Source of the DNA: a virus
Virus record (IMG/VR): IMGVR_UViG_3300008448_000056
Coordinates: 6,568-70,567 of that record
Direction: 5' to 3' (one strand)
Length of the DNA: 64,000 bases
The position numbers were made by a program, and so were the translations under genes. The notes under the pieces are model-generated. The model was not told the origin of the DNA. It ran no database searches and saw nothing but the letters and a program-made list of their open reading frames with translations. Shown here piece after piece: positions 49,690 to 59,215 of the stretch (positions are counted from its first letter, which is position 1; every line of letters starts with the position of its first letter).

Positions 49690-52286
49690 TGAAAAAAATA
49701 TTCTTACTTGTAATTGGGTTTGTAATGTTTAAGATGGGGTACTCGCAATACCCCATCCAACAATTTATTGGTGCGGACAGCGCAGTTGTGACATCCAAAG
49801 GTGGCTTGCAAGGCCGTTTGATTAATCACGTTTTTACAGATACCACTTCCGCCAATTCCCAACGAATCAAACAATATCCCGGTGCTATGATTTATGCATC
49901 AGGGAAGTTGTGGGTCAGAAACACTACAGCCACAGGATGGACTGAACTTGCTTATGGGCCAATATCCACAACAAATATTTACAATTCAGATGGTACTCTT
50001 ACTGGAAATCGTGAACTGGATGGTAATAGCAATAATCTTACTTTCACAGCAGTAAAGAAATTTGAATTTTCTGGAGATAGCCTTTATTATCTTCTTGACC
50101 CAGCGGGAAACCTGAGATTGAAGCTTGGGAATCAGCAATTCACCATGCAGGGTGACACGGCTTCCCTTTCCAGAAGATTATCTTACACTGCAAATCTTGG
50201 TTCTTCATTTACTAAACATAGCCTAGTAGACAAAAATTATGTGGACAGTATTGGTGTGTTAAGCCCTACAGGTTCTGGAACTACCAACTACGTTTCCAAA
50301 TGGACAGGTTCTACTGCATTGGGGAACTCACAGATTTTTGATAATGGTACGAGTGTAGGGATAGGAACTGCGAGTCCGAGTTCAAAACTACACGTTGAAG
50401 GTGGCACGTTAACGGTAATCGGTAGCGGAACTTCAGTTAATGAGTTTAGGGCTAATGGTATTATTGCGATTGATTTAACACCAAACTTATCAGACGATTA
50501 TAAGTTTAGAACATTGGTGGCGGTTAGTGGAGATATAACTCAAACTGCCGTTAATAACTTCTCATTAAACTCGGGTGGTTATTTAGGTCTTGGTGGCGGT
50601 GGTAGTGAGAAAATGCGAATCACAAGTGCTGGGCGAGTTCTCATCGGAACACAAACCGAATCGACTTATGAGTTAGACGTAGTGGGCGACATCCGTTCTA
50701 CCTTAGATGCCAACATAAACGGATTGACAGTAGGTAAAGGAGGGGGAAATGTTGCGGATAACACCGCCTTTGGTTATCAAGCAATCAACGGCACTTCAAC
50801 TGGAACATCAAACACAGCCATCGGATATATTGCGTTAAAAAGTTTAACATCAGGTTCATACAATAGTGCACTCGGTCTTAATGCTGGTAACTCACTAACC
50901 ACTGGAAACCAAAACGTATTTTTAGGCTCTTATGCTGGTGGGAGTTTTACAACACAATCAAACAACGTAGCAATTGGATATTACTCGATGGTTAGCGCTA
51001 CGTCATCCGATTTCAATACTGCTATTGGTCATTCAGCATTTCAAAACACAACAAGCGCCGGAGGAGGTGTAGCGGTTGGATACCAATCATTAAATGCAAA
51101 CACGTCTGGAGATTACAATACTGGAATCGGTTACCAATCATTACGAAGAAACACAACCGGAGCATACAATACAGCGATAGGGCATAGAACTTTGGATGCA
51201 GCGATTTCCGCAACTGGTAACACTTCTATCGGTTGGGCATCATTGATAAATGCAACTGGAGGATACAATACTGCAATAGGTAAAAATGCTGGTTATAGTA
51301 CAACTACTGGCACATACAACATTTTCATAGGCTCAGACCCATCGCTGTCTTCTGGTAATGGTATCACAACTGGGAACTACAACACCATCATCGGTTCACA
51401 AATAACAGGTCTCTCCTCTTCCCTCTCAAATACAATCATATTAGCAGATGGACAAGGGAATCAGAGGTTGTATATTAACAATATAGGAAATTTGGGAGTC
51501 AATACTACTTCTCCTACTTCACTCGGTTCTAATATTACAACTTTAGACATTGTAGGAAGGAGTGATGCTTTTACAGGTGGAATTTATTTTCGTTCTTCTG
51601 CAAACGCAGTAAGGGGATACATATACGGAACAAGTAGTTTGTTTACTATAGGTTCAGAAACATCTGTTCCTTTAACATTCCAAACGGCTGCAACTGAACA
51701 AGCAAGGATTTTTGCAAATGGAAACTTTGCCATTGGCACAACCACAGACGGGGGTTACAAGTTACAAGTATCGGGAACAACTCAAACAACTGCTTTACGA
51801 ATTTCAAATGGTAGTGTAGTTTGTGATAACACATTTATTTCAGATGCCTTTGTTTTAGGAGGTTCTACCAATTTATGGTTCTACAATAATTCAAGTAAAC
51901 AAATAAAAGCAAACGGAACTGATATTACTGTTTATACAACTGTCCCACAATTAAACACTCAAACTACATTTGTAATCAATGACGCAGGTTCAGCACCTAC
52001 AGGATATAAAATACAGAAATGGATGACAGGTAGCGTTGAAAAGGCGTTCCTTGATAAGGATGGGAACTTTACAACATTAACAAGCGGTTTATTTGGTTCT
52101 ATTGGAACTGTTAATGCATCCGCAGTTTTGGAGGCAACAAGCACCACAAAAGGTTTCCTACCTCCGAGACAAACTCAAGCACAACGCACCGCCATAACTT
52201 CACCAGCGGTCGGATTGATTGTATATCAGACAGATGCGACTGAAGGTTTGTATATTTACACCTCAACTGGGTGGGTACAATTATGA
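49686..52286 (+). CDS. tail fibre/adhesin-like protein with N-terminal signal peptide
   Basis: MMKKIFLLVIGFVMFKMGYS|Q; VGIGTASP, EKMRITSAG, many NTAIGY repeats, STTKGFLPPR...GLIVYQTD. Confidence 0.8.
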   Translation: MMKKIFLLVIGFVMFKMGYSQYPIQQFIGADSAVVTSKGGLQGRLINHVFTDTTSANSQRIKQYPGAMIYASGKLWVRNTTATGWTELAYGPISTTNIYNSDGTLTGNRELDGNSNNLTFTAVKKFEFSGDSLYYLLDPAGNLRLKLGNQQFTMQGDTASLSRRLSYTANLGSSFTKHSLVDKNYVDSIGVLSPTGSGTTNYVSKWTGSTALGNSQIFDNGTSVGIGTASPSSKLHVEGGTLTVIGSGTSVNEFRANGIIAIDLTPNLSDDYKFRTLVAVSGDITQTAVNNFSLNSGGYLGLGGGGSEKMRITSAGRVLIGTQTESTYELDVVGDIRSTLDANINGLTVGKGGGNVADNTAFGYQAINGTSTGTSNTAIGYIALKSLTSGSYNSALGLNAGNSLTTGNQNVFLGSYAGGSFTTQSNNVAIGYYSMVSATSSDFNTAIGHSAFQNTTSAGGGVAVGYQSLNANTSGDYNTGIGYQSLRRNTTGAYNTAIGHRTLDAAISATGNTSIGWASLINATGGYNTAIGKNAGYSTTTGTYNIFIGSDPSLSSGNGITTGNYNTIIGSQITGLSSSLSNTIILADGQGNQRLYINNIGNLGVNTTSPTSLGSNITTLDIVGRSDAFTGGIYFRSSANAVRGYIYGTSSLFTIGSETSVPLTFQTAATEQARIFANGNFAIGTTTDGGYKLQVSGTTQTTALRISNGSVVCDNTFISDAFVLGGSTNLWFYNNSSKQIKANGTDITVYTTVPQLNTQTTFVINDAGSAPTGYKIQKWMTGSVEKAFLDKDGNFTTLTSGLFGSIGTVNASAVLEATSTTKGFLPPRQTQAQRTAITSPAVGLIVYQTDATEGLYIYTSTGWVQL

Positions 52287-52843
52287 TAGGAATATATAAA
52301 ATAACATTCCCTAACGGGCATTATTATTATGGCCAAGCCATCAATATAAGCAGACGATTTTCACAACACAAAAGAGAATTCAAAAAAGGAACACATACAA
52401 ATAAAAGGTTGCAAAATTGTTATCAAAAATATGGTGAGCCTATTTATGAAATCGTTGTAGAATGCGATAAATCCGAGTTAAACAAAATAGAATCAGAATA
52501 TTTGTTTAAGCATATTGACAATGAATTGTGTTGCAATATGTGTAGAGAAGGAAGAAGCCCAAAAGGTATAAAAAGAAGTGATGAATTCAATAAAAAAATA
52601 AGTTTATACCAGCGAATGAATGGCAAGTCAAAGCCTGTTTATATGTTTAGCAGAGATAACATGGATATGCTTGGTAAATATGACACAATTCGTGATGCAG
52701 AAAAAGCTATCGGTGCCAATCCAAAAGATGTTCAAAAATCATGCAAATCAAATGGAAAATATAATGTTCGTGGTTACAAATTTATGTATGCTCAGCCTAT
52801 TGATAATTTATTAAATCATATTACAAACATTGTAAACTTTTAA
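52283..52843 (+). CDS. GIY-YIG homing endonuclease with NUMOD1-like C-terminus
   Basis: GIYKI...YYGQA.NISRR..QH; KPVYMF...YDTIRDAEK. Confidence 0.88.
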   Translation: MIGIYKITFPNGHYYYGQAINISRRFSQHKREFKKGTHTNKRLQNCYQKYGEPIYEIVVECDKSELNKIESEYLFKHIDNELCCNMCREGRSPKGIKRSDEFNKKISLYQRMNGKSKPVYMFSRDNMDMLGKYDTIRDAEKAIGANPKDVQKSCKSNGKYNVRGYKFMYAQPIDNLLNHITNIVNF

Positions 52844-52854
52844 ATAAAACACAA

Positions 52855-53220
52855 ATGAAAAAAGCAATCTTCATTCTTTTCCTTGCCTTTGGCTATGGTG
52901 CAAATGCACAAACCATTGACAGTACTGTAACTAGTATTACAGCCGTTTACATTCAGCCTATTAAAGCTCAGTTTACGGATTCCCTAATGTCAACAAATCT
53001 TGGTGTACGGGTTATCGCAGATGACCTTAAAACAACCGCAACACTTTATTGGTGTTTGCTTATGTCAAATGGAGTTGTATCTGTTCAGGGAAATTATACT
53101 ATGACAGGAGCTGACTACACTGCTTGGTGTGCTGCTTCAAACCCAGTTCCTTGTAACATCTGGCCGTTTACGGTAGTTGGCCGAGTATACAATCTAACAT
53201 TTATTAACCCATCAAATTAA
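52855..53220 (+). CDS. fibre-associated protein with signal peptide
   Basis: MKKAIFILFLAFGYGANA|Q; GNYTMTGADYTAW. Confidence 0.65.
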   Translation: MKKAIFILFLAFGYGANAQTIDSTVTSITAVYIQPIKAQFTDSLMSTNLGVRVIADDLKTTATLYWCLLMSNGVVSVQGNYTMTGADYTAWCAASNPVPCNIWPFTVVGRVYNLTFINPSN

Positions 53221-53242
53221 TAACCAAATAAAATTAAACAAA

Positions 53243-53494
53243 ATGAAAACTGCAATTAAAATTTCCATTTCCCTTTTTGTACTCATTGTTGTATTGTCAT
53301 CTTTCAGTAATTTTACGAAGGGAAATCAGGATAAAACCTTAAAGTTTGAATTTACTGTAGATGAAGTAAATGTAATCTTTGAGGGTCTTGGAGAACTTCC
53401 CGCAAAAAAATCAGAAGGTCTGAGAATTAAAATTTATCAATCAGCACAGGAACAATTGAAATCGCAAGAGCAATCAGTTCCCAAGAAAAACTAA
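53243..53494 (+). CDS. fibre-associated small protein with hydrophobic N-terminus
   Basis: FTVDEVNVIFEGLGELPAK.S..L..KI..SAQEQ. Confidence 0.6.
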   Translation: MKTAIKISISLFVLIVVLSSFSNFTKGNQDKTLKFEFTVDEVNVIFEGLGELPAKKSEGLRIKIYQSAQEQLKSQEQSVPKKN

Positions 53495-53503
53495 TAAATA
53501 AAA

Positions 53504-53686
53504 ATGGATACTCCAGCATCAGTAGGTAACGCACACGCAAGTTTATTGGTTTCAATTACTACAGCTGTTGTTTCTTTTGCTGACGCTGGGGAAGCCATGA
53601 AAAGCTTAGCCGGATTGATTTCAATTGTAGCTGGTATCATGGCTATTCGTTATTATTATCACGCAACTAAAAGTGTACAGAAATGA
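53504..53686 (+). CDS. putative holin/antiholin
   Basis: 60 aa with two hydrophobic segments at the start of the lysis cassette. Confidence 0.5.
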   Translation: MDTPASVGNAHASLLVSITTAVVSFADAGEAMKSLAGLISIVAGIMAIRYYYHATKSVQK

Positions 53687-54000
53687 ACTATACCAATTTA
53701 GTACTGTTTGCCCTTGGATTGTTCGGGATATTGATTCACAACTTAATTAAGGTTGACACAATCAATCGACAGTCAGAAGGGCATTTCGATTTCAAGAAGT
53801 TTATTTCTTTGGAATGGCCTTCAATCGCCATCAGTTTCTCAGTAGTTGGCGTATGTTTGATTGCTAAACATGAAGTAAAGCAGCTTGAAGAGGTAGGGAA
53901 TTGGCTGGGCTTAGCCTTTGTTACTATTGGTTACACGGCTCAATCTATTGTATACAAATACTTGGGAACTGCCGAGAAAAAAATAAAGGGAGATGCATAA
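53683..54000 (+). CDS. putative holin
   Basis: Three TM segments and a basic C-terminus. Confidence 0.55.
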   Translation: MNYTNLVLFALGLFGILIHNLIKVDTINRQSEGHFDFKKFISLEWPSIAISFSVVGVCLIAKHEVKQLEEVGNWLGLAFVTIGYTAQSIVYKYLGTAEKKIKGDA

Positions 54001-54526
54001 GAAAGCTATTATATACTTTCTGATTTCGGTTACTTGTTTTTTTATTGCAACTAGTTGTAATACTGAAAAGCGTCTACAGAAAGCAGAAGTATTGTTAGCT
54101 TCAAAAGGCCGTCTACCCGAAGTTTGTGCCGCTCGATTTCCCCCAAAAGATTCTATAGTATACCGTGATAGCGTACATTTTGATACTCTGTATACGAGTA
54201 TATATTCGGTTGACACATTGGTATCGAATGATACTATTAAAGTGGTTACAACACTTCCCTCCAAAGTAGTAACAAAAGAAGTAATCAAGTTCCGTGAGAT
54301 ATATCGGGAAAACACGGCTAAAGTAAATGATTTAGAAAATAAATTGTCTGCGTGCAATTCCCAATCTGCAAATTACTCAATAGAACTAGTAAAGTTACGA
54401 GCTGAATCTAGTAAATTGGGTTCATTAGCTAAACAAAGATTGTGGTTCTTGTGGATTTTCATTTTGGTTGCATTGGTCATTACCTTCCGTAAAAACATTA
54501 TTAAACTAGTAAAAACAATTTTATGA
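53993..54526 (+). CDS. putative unimolecular spanin
   Basis: Lipobox IATS|C, coiled coil, C-terminal TM LWFLWIFILVALVITF. Confidence 0.6.
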   Translation: MHKKAIIYFLISVTCFFIATSCNTEKRLQKAEVLLASKGRLPEVCAARFPPKDSIVYRDSVHFDTLYTSIYSVDTLVSNDTIKVVTTLPSKVVTKEVIKFREIYRENTAKVNDLENKLSACNSQSANYSIELVKLRAESSKLGSLAKQRLWFLWIFILVALVITFRKNIIKLVKTIL

Positions 54527-54816
54527 AATTTATTCCGAGCCTTGTTGCATTGGCTGTTGCTTTCCTATTTACGTATTTTGGATTTATTGAAACTCAGCCT
54601 TGTGATTTGGATGCGATTTTTTTAAGTTGCCGACTGAACCCATTTACTTTGTTTGACCTTATCGGGTGCGTTTTGTTTTATGGAGGATGCCTATTGATTT
54701 CATCACTTCCCTTGCTTGAGAAAGTTGAGTTGTATAATCCAGAGGGAAGTTCTGCTTGGAACATAGCGTTCTTTGTAGCAATGGTTGGAGGAGTAGTTTT
54801 AATTTGGAATTTGTAA
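54523..54816 (+). CDS. membrane protein
   Basis: Three hydrophobic segments. Confidence 0.6.
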   Translation: MKFIPSLVALAVAFLFTYFGFIETQPCDLDAIFLSCRLNPFTLFDLIGCVLFYGGCLLISSLPLLEKVELYNPEGSSAWNIAFFVAMVGGVVLIWNL

Positions 54817-54819
54817 TGG

Positions 54820-55182
54820 ATGGTATACGTTGCCGAGATATTGATGTTGCTACTAAATGTAGCGATGGCTTGGCATCATTCTTCTCTCATTAAAGAGGGA
54901 AGACCTATTAAACATGGTTGGTGGGGGTTGCTATATTTCGGTATAGCCTTCCCCATTTGTTTTTATTACAAGTCCGTATTATTATTTGTGTGCTTCTTGT
55001 TTATTCGCAAGATATTTTTTGATATCAGTTTGAATCTATTTAGGGAACTGCCGACATTCTATGTAAGCAAATCCACCACTTCCCTTATTGACAGGTTACA
55101 CAATAAATTATTTGGGTATAGTAGTGAAGTTTATATGTTAATCTATTTAGGATTACTAATTACATTAAATCTATTCTTATGA
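54820..55182 (+). CDS. membrane protein
   Basis: Multiple TM segments; FDISLNLFR...Y.SK.TTS.ID. Confidence 0.6.
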   Translation: MVYVAEILMLLLNVAMAWHHSSLIKEGRPIKHGWWGLLYFGIAFPICFYYKSVLLFVCFLFIRKIFFDISLNLFRELPTFYVSKSTTSLIDRLHNKLFGYSSEVYMLIYLGLLITLNLFL

Positions 55183-55781
55183 ACTTAAAATCCCTTGAAC
55201 ATAAATTACCGCCAGCTATCTTGGATGAGTTGCCATCGCTTGAGAAGTACGGATTAAATACGGATTTGAGGTTGGCGCATTTTCTTTCACAATGCCACCA
55301 TGAAAGCGGAGGCTTCAAAACATTTAGAGAAAACCTGAGTTATTCCGCAGAGGGGTTGATTAAGGTCTTCCCCAAATACTTCCCTACAATACAAGTTGCT
55401 AAACAATATGAACGCAACCAAGTAAAGATAGGTAGTAAGGTATATGGTAGCCGTATGGGAAATGGTGATGAGAAATCTGAAGACGGGTACAAGTACAAGG
55501 GAAGAGGTGCGCTCCAACTGACAGGTAAAGATAATTACAAGGCGTTCAGTGATTTTGTGGGGGAAGATGTGGTAGCCAATCCAGACCTTGTGGCGTCTAA
55601 ATTTCCCCTTACATCAGGGGCGTGGTTCTTTAAAAAGAATAACCTATGGGCTATCTGCGATTTGGGAAATGGTGACGAAGTAGTTAAACAATTGACCAAG
55701 CGAATCAACGGAGGTATGCACGGTTACGATGACCGCCTCGCTAAATTCAAAATGTATTTAGGTTTTGTTCAGCCAAAGTAA
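55179..55781 (+). CDS. endolysin, glycoside hydrolase family 19
   Basis: AHFLSQCHHESGGF, ENLSYS, YKGRGALQLTGKDNY, TKRINGG.HG..DR. Confidence 0.92.
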   Translation: MNLKSLEHKLPPAILDELPSLEKYGLNTDLRLAHFLSQCHHESGGFKTFRENLSYSAEGLIKVFPKYFPTIQVAKQYERNQVKIGSKVYGSRMGNGDEKSEDGYKYKGRGALQLTGKDNYKAFSDFVGEDVVANPDLVASKFPLTSGAWFFKKNNLWAICDLGNGDEVVKQLTKRINGGMHGYDDRLAKFKMYLGFVQPK

Positions 55782-56070
55782 CATATGGGTTGTTTCCCTT
55801 GCGGTATTTTTTAGCATGGTATTCGTAGGGCTATCTGTTCATTACGTAAACAAGCTATTCGCTTCCCATACCAAAGACCTATTAGTTAGGTTTATACTAA
55901 TCATATTCGCCTCGCTGGTTGCGGTCTTTATCATTGACAAAGTGGTAGCGTTTAAGATTCCGCTTCTATCAGATAAACAGAACGATGAGTTGTTTGACCT
56001 TATCAAGACCCTGACCCTTATGATTTTTTCTTATTACTTTGGTAGTCAAAAGAATTCTAAGTCGGACTAA
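55765..56070 (+). CDS. membrane protein (holin-like)
   Basis: TM segments ending IFSYYFGS; start uncertain. Confidence 0.55.
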   Translation: MFSQSNIWVVSLAVFFSMVFVGLSVHYVNKLFASHTKDLLVRFILIIFASLVAVFIIDKVVAFKIPLLSDKQNDELFDLIKTLTLMIFSYYFGSQKNSKSD

Positions 56071-56105
56071 TCCACGCATTATCACCAAGTATTATTTGTT
56101 AAAAA

Positions 56106-56501
56106 TTGTATAACTATATTTGTGTAGTTAACACTTCCCAATTGAAACATTCATCTTCATTCTATTACGACGTGGACTTCGGTACTGAAGCCGAGGACTG
56201 GGTGAAAGACATATTCACGGGCGGTTACAAGGTCGAAGTAAAGTGCGACCGAATCGCTCACAAAACAGGAAACATTTTCATTGAGGTTTATTCGCGTGGG
56301 AAGAAGTCAGGCATCTCAACAACCGAAGCCGATTATTGGATTTATGTTATTCAAGAGCGGGAAGTCATGTATCTGATTCCCGTTGAACACCTGAAGGAAC
56401 TATGCAAGAAGTTCCATGACCCGAATCGTGGGTTTGTAAAAGGGGGAGACAACAACACCTCGCTTGGGGTTTTGATTCCCGTAGTGGCGTTGGTAAAATA
56501 A
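56106..56501 (+). CDS. PD-(D/E)XK nuclease-like protein
   Basis: VEVKCD...TGNIFIE...SGISTTEADYW; true start probably downstream of TATATTTG 56115-56122. Confidence 0.65.
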   Translation: MYNYICVVNTSQLKHSSSFYYDVDFGTEAEDWVKDIFTGGYKVEVKCDRIAHKTGNIFIEVYSRGKKSGISTTEADYWIYVIQEREVMYLIPVEHLKELCKKFHDPNRGFVKGGDNNTSLGVLIPVVALVK

Positions 56502-56532
56502 AAAGCCCCACCCGTAGAAACGGGCGGGGGTA
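56501..56532. terminator. hairpin at the convergence of late and early transcription
   Basis: AAAAGCCCCACCCGT-AGAA-ACGGGCGGGGGT; T-tract on the minus strand. Confidence 0.65.
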
Positions 56533-56805
56533 AACTAACACACTATGAAAACAAAACCTAACTAAAATATCATTATGATTTCCCCTATCATCCAAGACCA
56601 ATATGCAACACCAATAAGTAGGGAAGTCGCGCCTAAGAGCATAGATAGTATTTTCATGTTGTTTCTTTGTTTTTGGTTAGCCAATCATAAAAGTAATCTG
56701 CAAGTTTTATCACATCGTCTGCGAATCCCTCATGTTTCTGGGTTGCCAATATAAGTGCGAGTTGTCGGTCTGTTAGATTGCTAACAATGATGTTTTGTTT
56801 TTCTT

Positions 56806-57021
56806 TCATACTACTTTTGTTTTGTCGGGGTTCTCGCCTTTGTAGTTGTCCAATGAGGCAACAATCTTCCCAGTGATTGGGAACTTGTCAAGGAACTGCT
56901 TTGGGGAGTAGGACTTCCCCTTATACACATACTTACGTTCTCCGTTAGTATCGTATACATATCCCGCAGTCCGATGAGCGGTCATGTTCTTGCAGTATTC
57001 TGAATAGGTTAATAGCTTCAT
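56806..57021 (-). CDS. hypothetical early protein
   Basis: Operon-packed ORF. Confidence 0.55.
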   Translation of the reverse strand: MKLLTYSEYCKNMTAHRTAGYVYDTNGERKYVYKGKSYSPKQFLDKFPITGKIVASLDNYKGENPDKTKVV

Positions 57022-57230
57022 TGGTTTATCTTTTTTACTTTACGATAGACGGGGAATCCAAACACATAATAGGTTGTCTTTTTGTACCTATCAATCTCGG
57101 GGAAATTCCATACATCGAAATACGTCACGAACTTGTAATAGATTTTCCTATGTGCTATTCGTTCGTGCTTTCTGATGACCGATGGTTTGTCGTGCCAGTA
57201 GGTCATGTCGTCGGGGAAGTGGTTGTCCAT
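57018..57230 (-). CDS. hypothetical early protein
   Basis: ATGA overlap with the next gene. Confidence 0.55.
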   Translation of the reverse strand: MDNHFPDDMTYWHDKPSVIRKHERIAHRKIYYKFVTYFDVWNFPEIDRYKKTTYYVFGFPVYRKVKKINQ

Positions 57231-57248
57231 TGGGTTAGTATTTAAGGG

Positions 57249-57512
57249 TTAATTGTAATTTATTTTTGGCGGTTGAGTTTCGTAAATGATGACATCAAAA
57301 TCCCCTGCCACTCGAGATTCAATTTTAGTTGCAAGTTCCATTGCTTTTGCAAATGCCTTGGGTTCGTAATAGTAGTCATCAACTGAGGCATCAACGTCAA
57401 AGCTGAAACAATCAACGAATCTAAGCGTTTCTTCATTGTCTTGCTCACGATAGTATACCGAGTACTTGGGCTTTTCCCCGATACGTTCAATAAGTTTTAC
57501 TACTGCTTTCAT
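57249..57512 (-). CDS. hypothetical early protein
   Basis: AAAAACAAAACAT leader. Confidence 0.6.
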   Translation of the reverse strand: MKAVVKLIERIGEKPKYSVYYREQDNEETLRFVDCFSFDVDASVDDYYYEPKAFAKAMELATKIESRVAGDFDVIIYETQPPKINYN

Positions 57513-57609
57513 ATGTTTTGTTTTTAAGATTCGGGATATAGTTTATTGTATATGTGGTTAAGTGCTGACCCGATTGCAGCGATTCCCGTCCACATTAGTA
57601 TGAATTTTA

Positions 57610-57837
57610 TTAGCATGGTAGGTCATGTATGATTGCTTGTTTTTGTTTTGGGGTTAACTTATCCGTGAGGTCGATGCCGATACCAGCTATCACTACCTCG
57701 ACCGATAGTAGGTTGATGTCTTCTTCCACGAATGTGTGGATGCCGTGGCACTCCTCGGTACGTGTGGTTCGGGAGTACTCGTAGGTGACAAGGAGTTCTG
57801 CTCCTTCGATGATGTCGGTTTTGAAGTTTGTAGTCAT
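57610..57837 (-). CDS. hypothetical early protein
   Basis: AC-rich leader and upstream CACAATAA..CGTTA motif. Confidence 0.6.
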   Translation of the reverse strand: MTTNFKTDIIEGAELLVTYEYSRTTRTEECHGIHTFVEEDINLLSVEVVIAGIGIDLTDKLTPKQKQAIIHDLPC

Positions 57838-57904
57838 GTGTTTTGTTTTTTATATAACGGGAATTGGTGAGGATTATTGTGCGAGGAATTCATAAAAATA
57901 CTGT

Positions 57905-58123
57905 CTACGTCTTGCCTCGTCGATTTGTTTTTTCAGTAGTTCTATTTTGTTGCGAAGTGCGTACGGATTTGGGGTTTTGCCCGATTCCAATTTGCGAATG
58001 AGTGCTTTGAGTTGTTGTTCTTTTTGTGCCGTTGTCATTGATTGGGTAATTTAATAGTTGGTAAATGTGTGTTATCCATTCGTTGTACGAATTGCATGGG
58101 TGTTCGGGGTATGTGGTTTTCAT
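57905..58123 (-). CDS. hypothetical early protein
   Basis: ATGA overlap with the upstream gene. Confidence 0.4.
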   Translation of the reverse strand: MKTTYPEHPCNSYNEWITHIYQLLNYPINDNGTKRTTTQSTHSQIGIGQNPKSVRTSQQNRTTEKTNRRGKT

Positions 58124-58689
58124 CTTAGTGATTGTTTAAGTTCATCAATTGTGATTCCTGCTTCTTCGCATAGCCATTCGGTGATTGCCTTTACCTCGGA
58201 TTCCCTACAAATAACATCCGATGAGGTGCTGAATACATTGGACGTGGGGGCGAAGGCGAAGATGATTTCGTACGGGCATTCCAATCTGCCTTCCAATACC
58301 TCATCAACAAGGCGGTTGAATTTATGCTTCCAAGGTACGTCATCGTAGTTACCCGTTGACCACCCGCTTGCTAGGTTTGTGTATCCGTCACCGATTTGTG
58401 AGTCCCAGTACCCCCGCCATCCGTCAGTACGGACGTACTTGAATTCAGGAACTGCCTTGCAGTCGGCTTCCTCAAAATATTCGGTATCTTGGTATCCGAA
58501 TTCAGAACACCATAGGTACTTGTCTACTTCCCCTCGCAAAGTGGTAATAACTTGGCATGGATATTCCCATGCTGATTGCTCACAAGATTCGCATATCTCT
58601 TCGCCCGAGCGGGTGAGGTAACTGCCATCGCAATTCGTATCAATCTCCGATTGACAAGATGCACATTTGATGATGTTTGTTGGTTCCAT
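58120..58689 (-). CDS. acidic protein with N-terminal Zn ribbon
   Basis: CASC...CESC; YVRTDGWRGYW; PTSNVFS. Confidence 0.65.
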   Translation of the reverse strand: MEPTNIIKCASCQSEIDTNCDGSYLTRSGEEICESCEQSAWEYPCQVITTLRGEVDKYLWCSEFGYQDTEYFEEADCKAVPEFKYVRTDGWRGYWDSQIGDGYTNLASGWSTGNYDDVPWKHKFNRLVDEVLEGRLECPYEIIFAFAPTSNVFSTSSDVICRESEVKAITEWLCEEAGITIDELKQSLR

Positions 58690-58719
58690 TGTGTGTGTTT
58701 TTTATGGTTTGGGAATTGG

Positions 58720-58938
58720 TTATTTTGTATCAATTGAATATAGATATTCGAGCATACATTCGTATTCGGGTTGGTTGGGGTCATTGTATTTTGAATCGCA
58801 ATACTTCCCGTACTCATCGCATACAATACCATATAATTCATCGTACTCAATCTCGTTTGGGATTACCGCGTTGTACAAATTACTAAACAAGAAGAATGAA
58901 TAGTCGCAGTAAGGTCGGTTCAATGATGTGTTGTTCAT
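58720..58938 (-). CDS. hypothetical early protein
   Basis: AAAACAAAACACC leader. Confidence 0.55.
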   Translation of the reverse strand: MNNTSLNRPYCDYSFFLFSNLYNAVIPNEIEYDELYGIVCDEYGKYCDSKYNDPNQPEYECMLEYLYSIDTK

Positions 58939-58956
58939 GGTGTTTTGTTTTACTGG

Positions 58957-59157
58957 TTATAAAATCATCAGAGATTCAATCTCGTTTTGTAAATACTTGG
59001 TTGCTTGATGAAGTACCTCTTCATCCGATATCCTCAATATATGACCCGAACGAAGTTCGATGTATAGATTGCCGGAATCAGTTAATACTCGGATGTCGTT
59101 TTCTTCCGCAATGGTGTCCAAGCTTAATTTTGCGTAGTTAAGTGTTTTGCTGTTCAT
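58957..59157 (-). CDS. hypothetical early protein
   Basis: AC-rich leader and promoter motif. Confidence 0.6.
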   Translation of the reverse strand: MNSKTLNYAKLSLDTIAEENDIRVLTDSGNLYIELRSGHILRISDEEVLHQATKYLQNEIESLMIL

Positions 59158-59215
59158 AGTGTTTTGTTTTATTGATTAACGAATAAGTAAACAATGTTAT
59201 TGTGTCAGGGAAGTG

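Noticed and set aside
48584-52843. Group I introns around the endonuclease genes
   Set aside because: Flanking genes look complete and there is no non-coding room for an intron core
57552-57600. Intergenic stem (ATGTGG/CCACAT enclosing GCTG/CAGC) as a twister or pistol ribozyme
   Set aside because: I could not match the conserved core nucleotides or pseudoknots; it may be a simple hairpin
58940-58975. CTGATGA on the minus strand near a gene end, possible second hammerhead
   Set aside because: Followed by a weak A/U stem and CAAAAC rather than GAAA; no stem I/III with an NUH site
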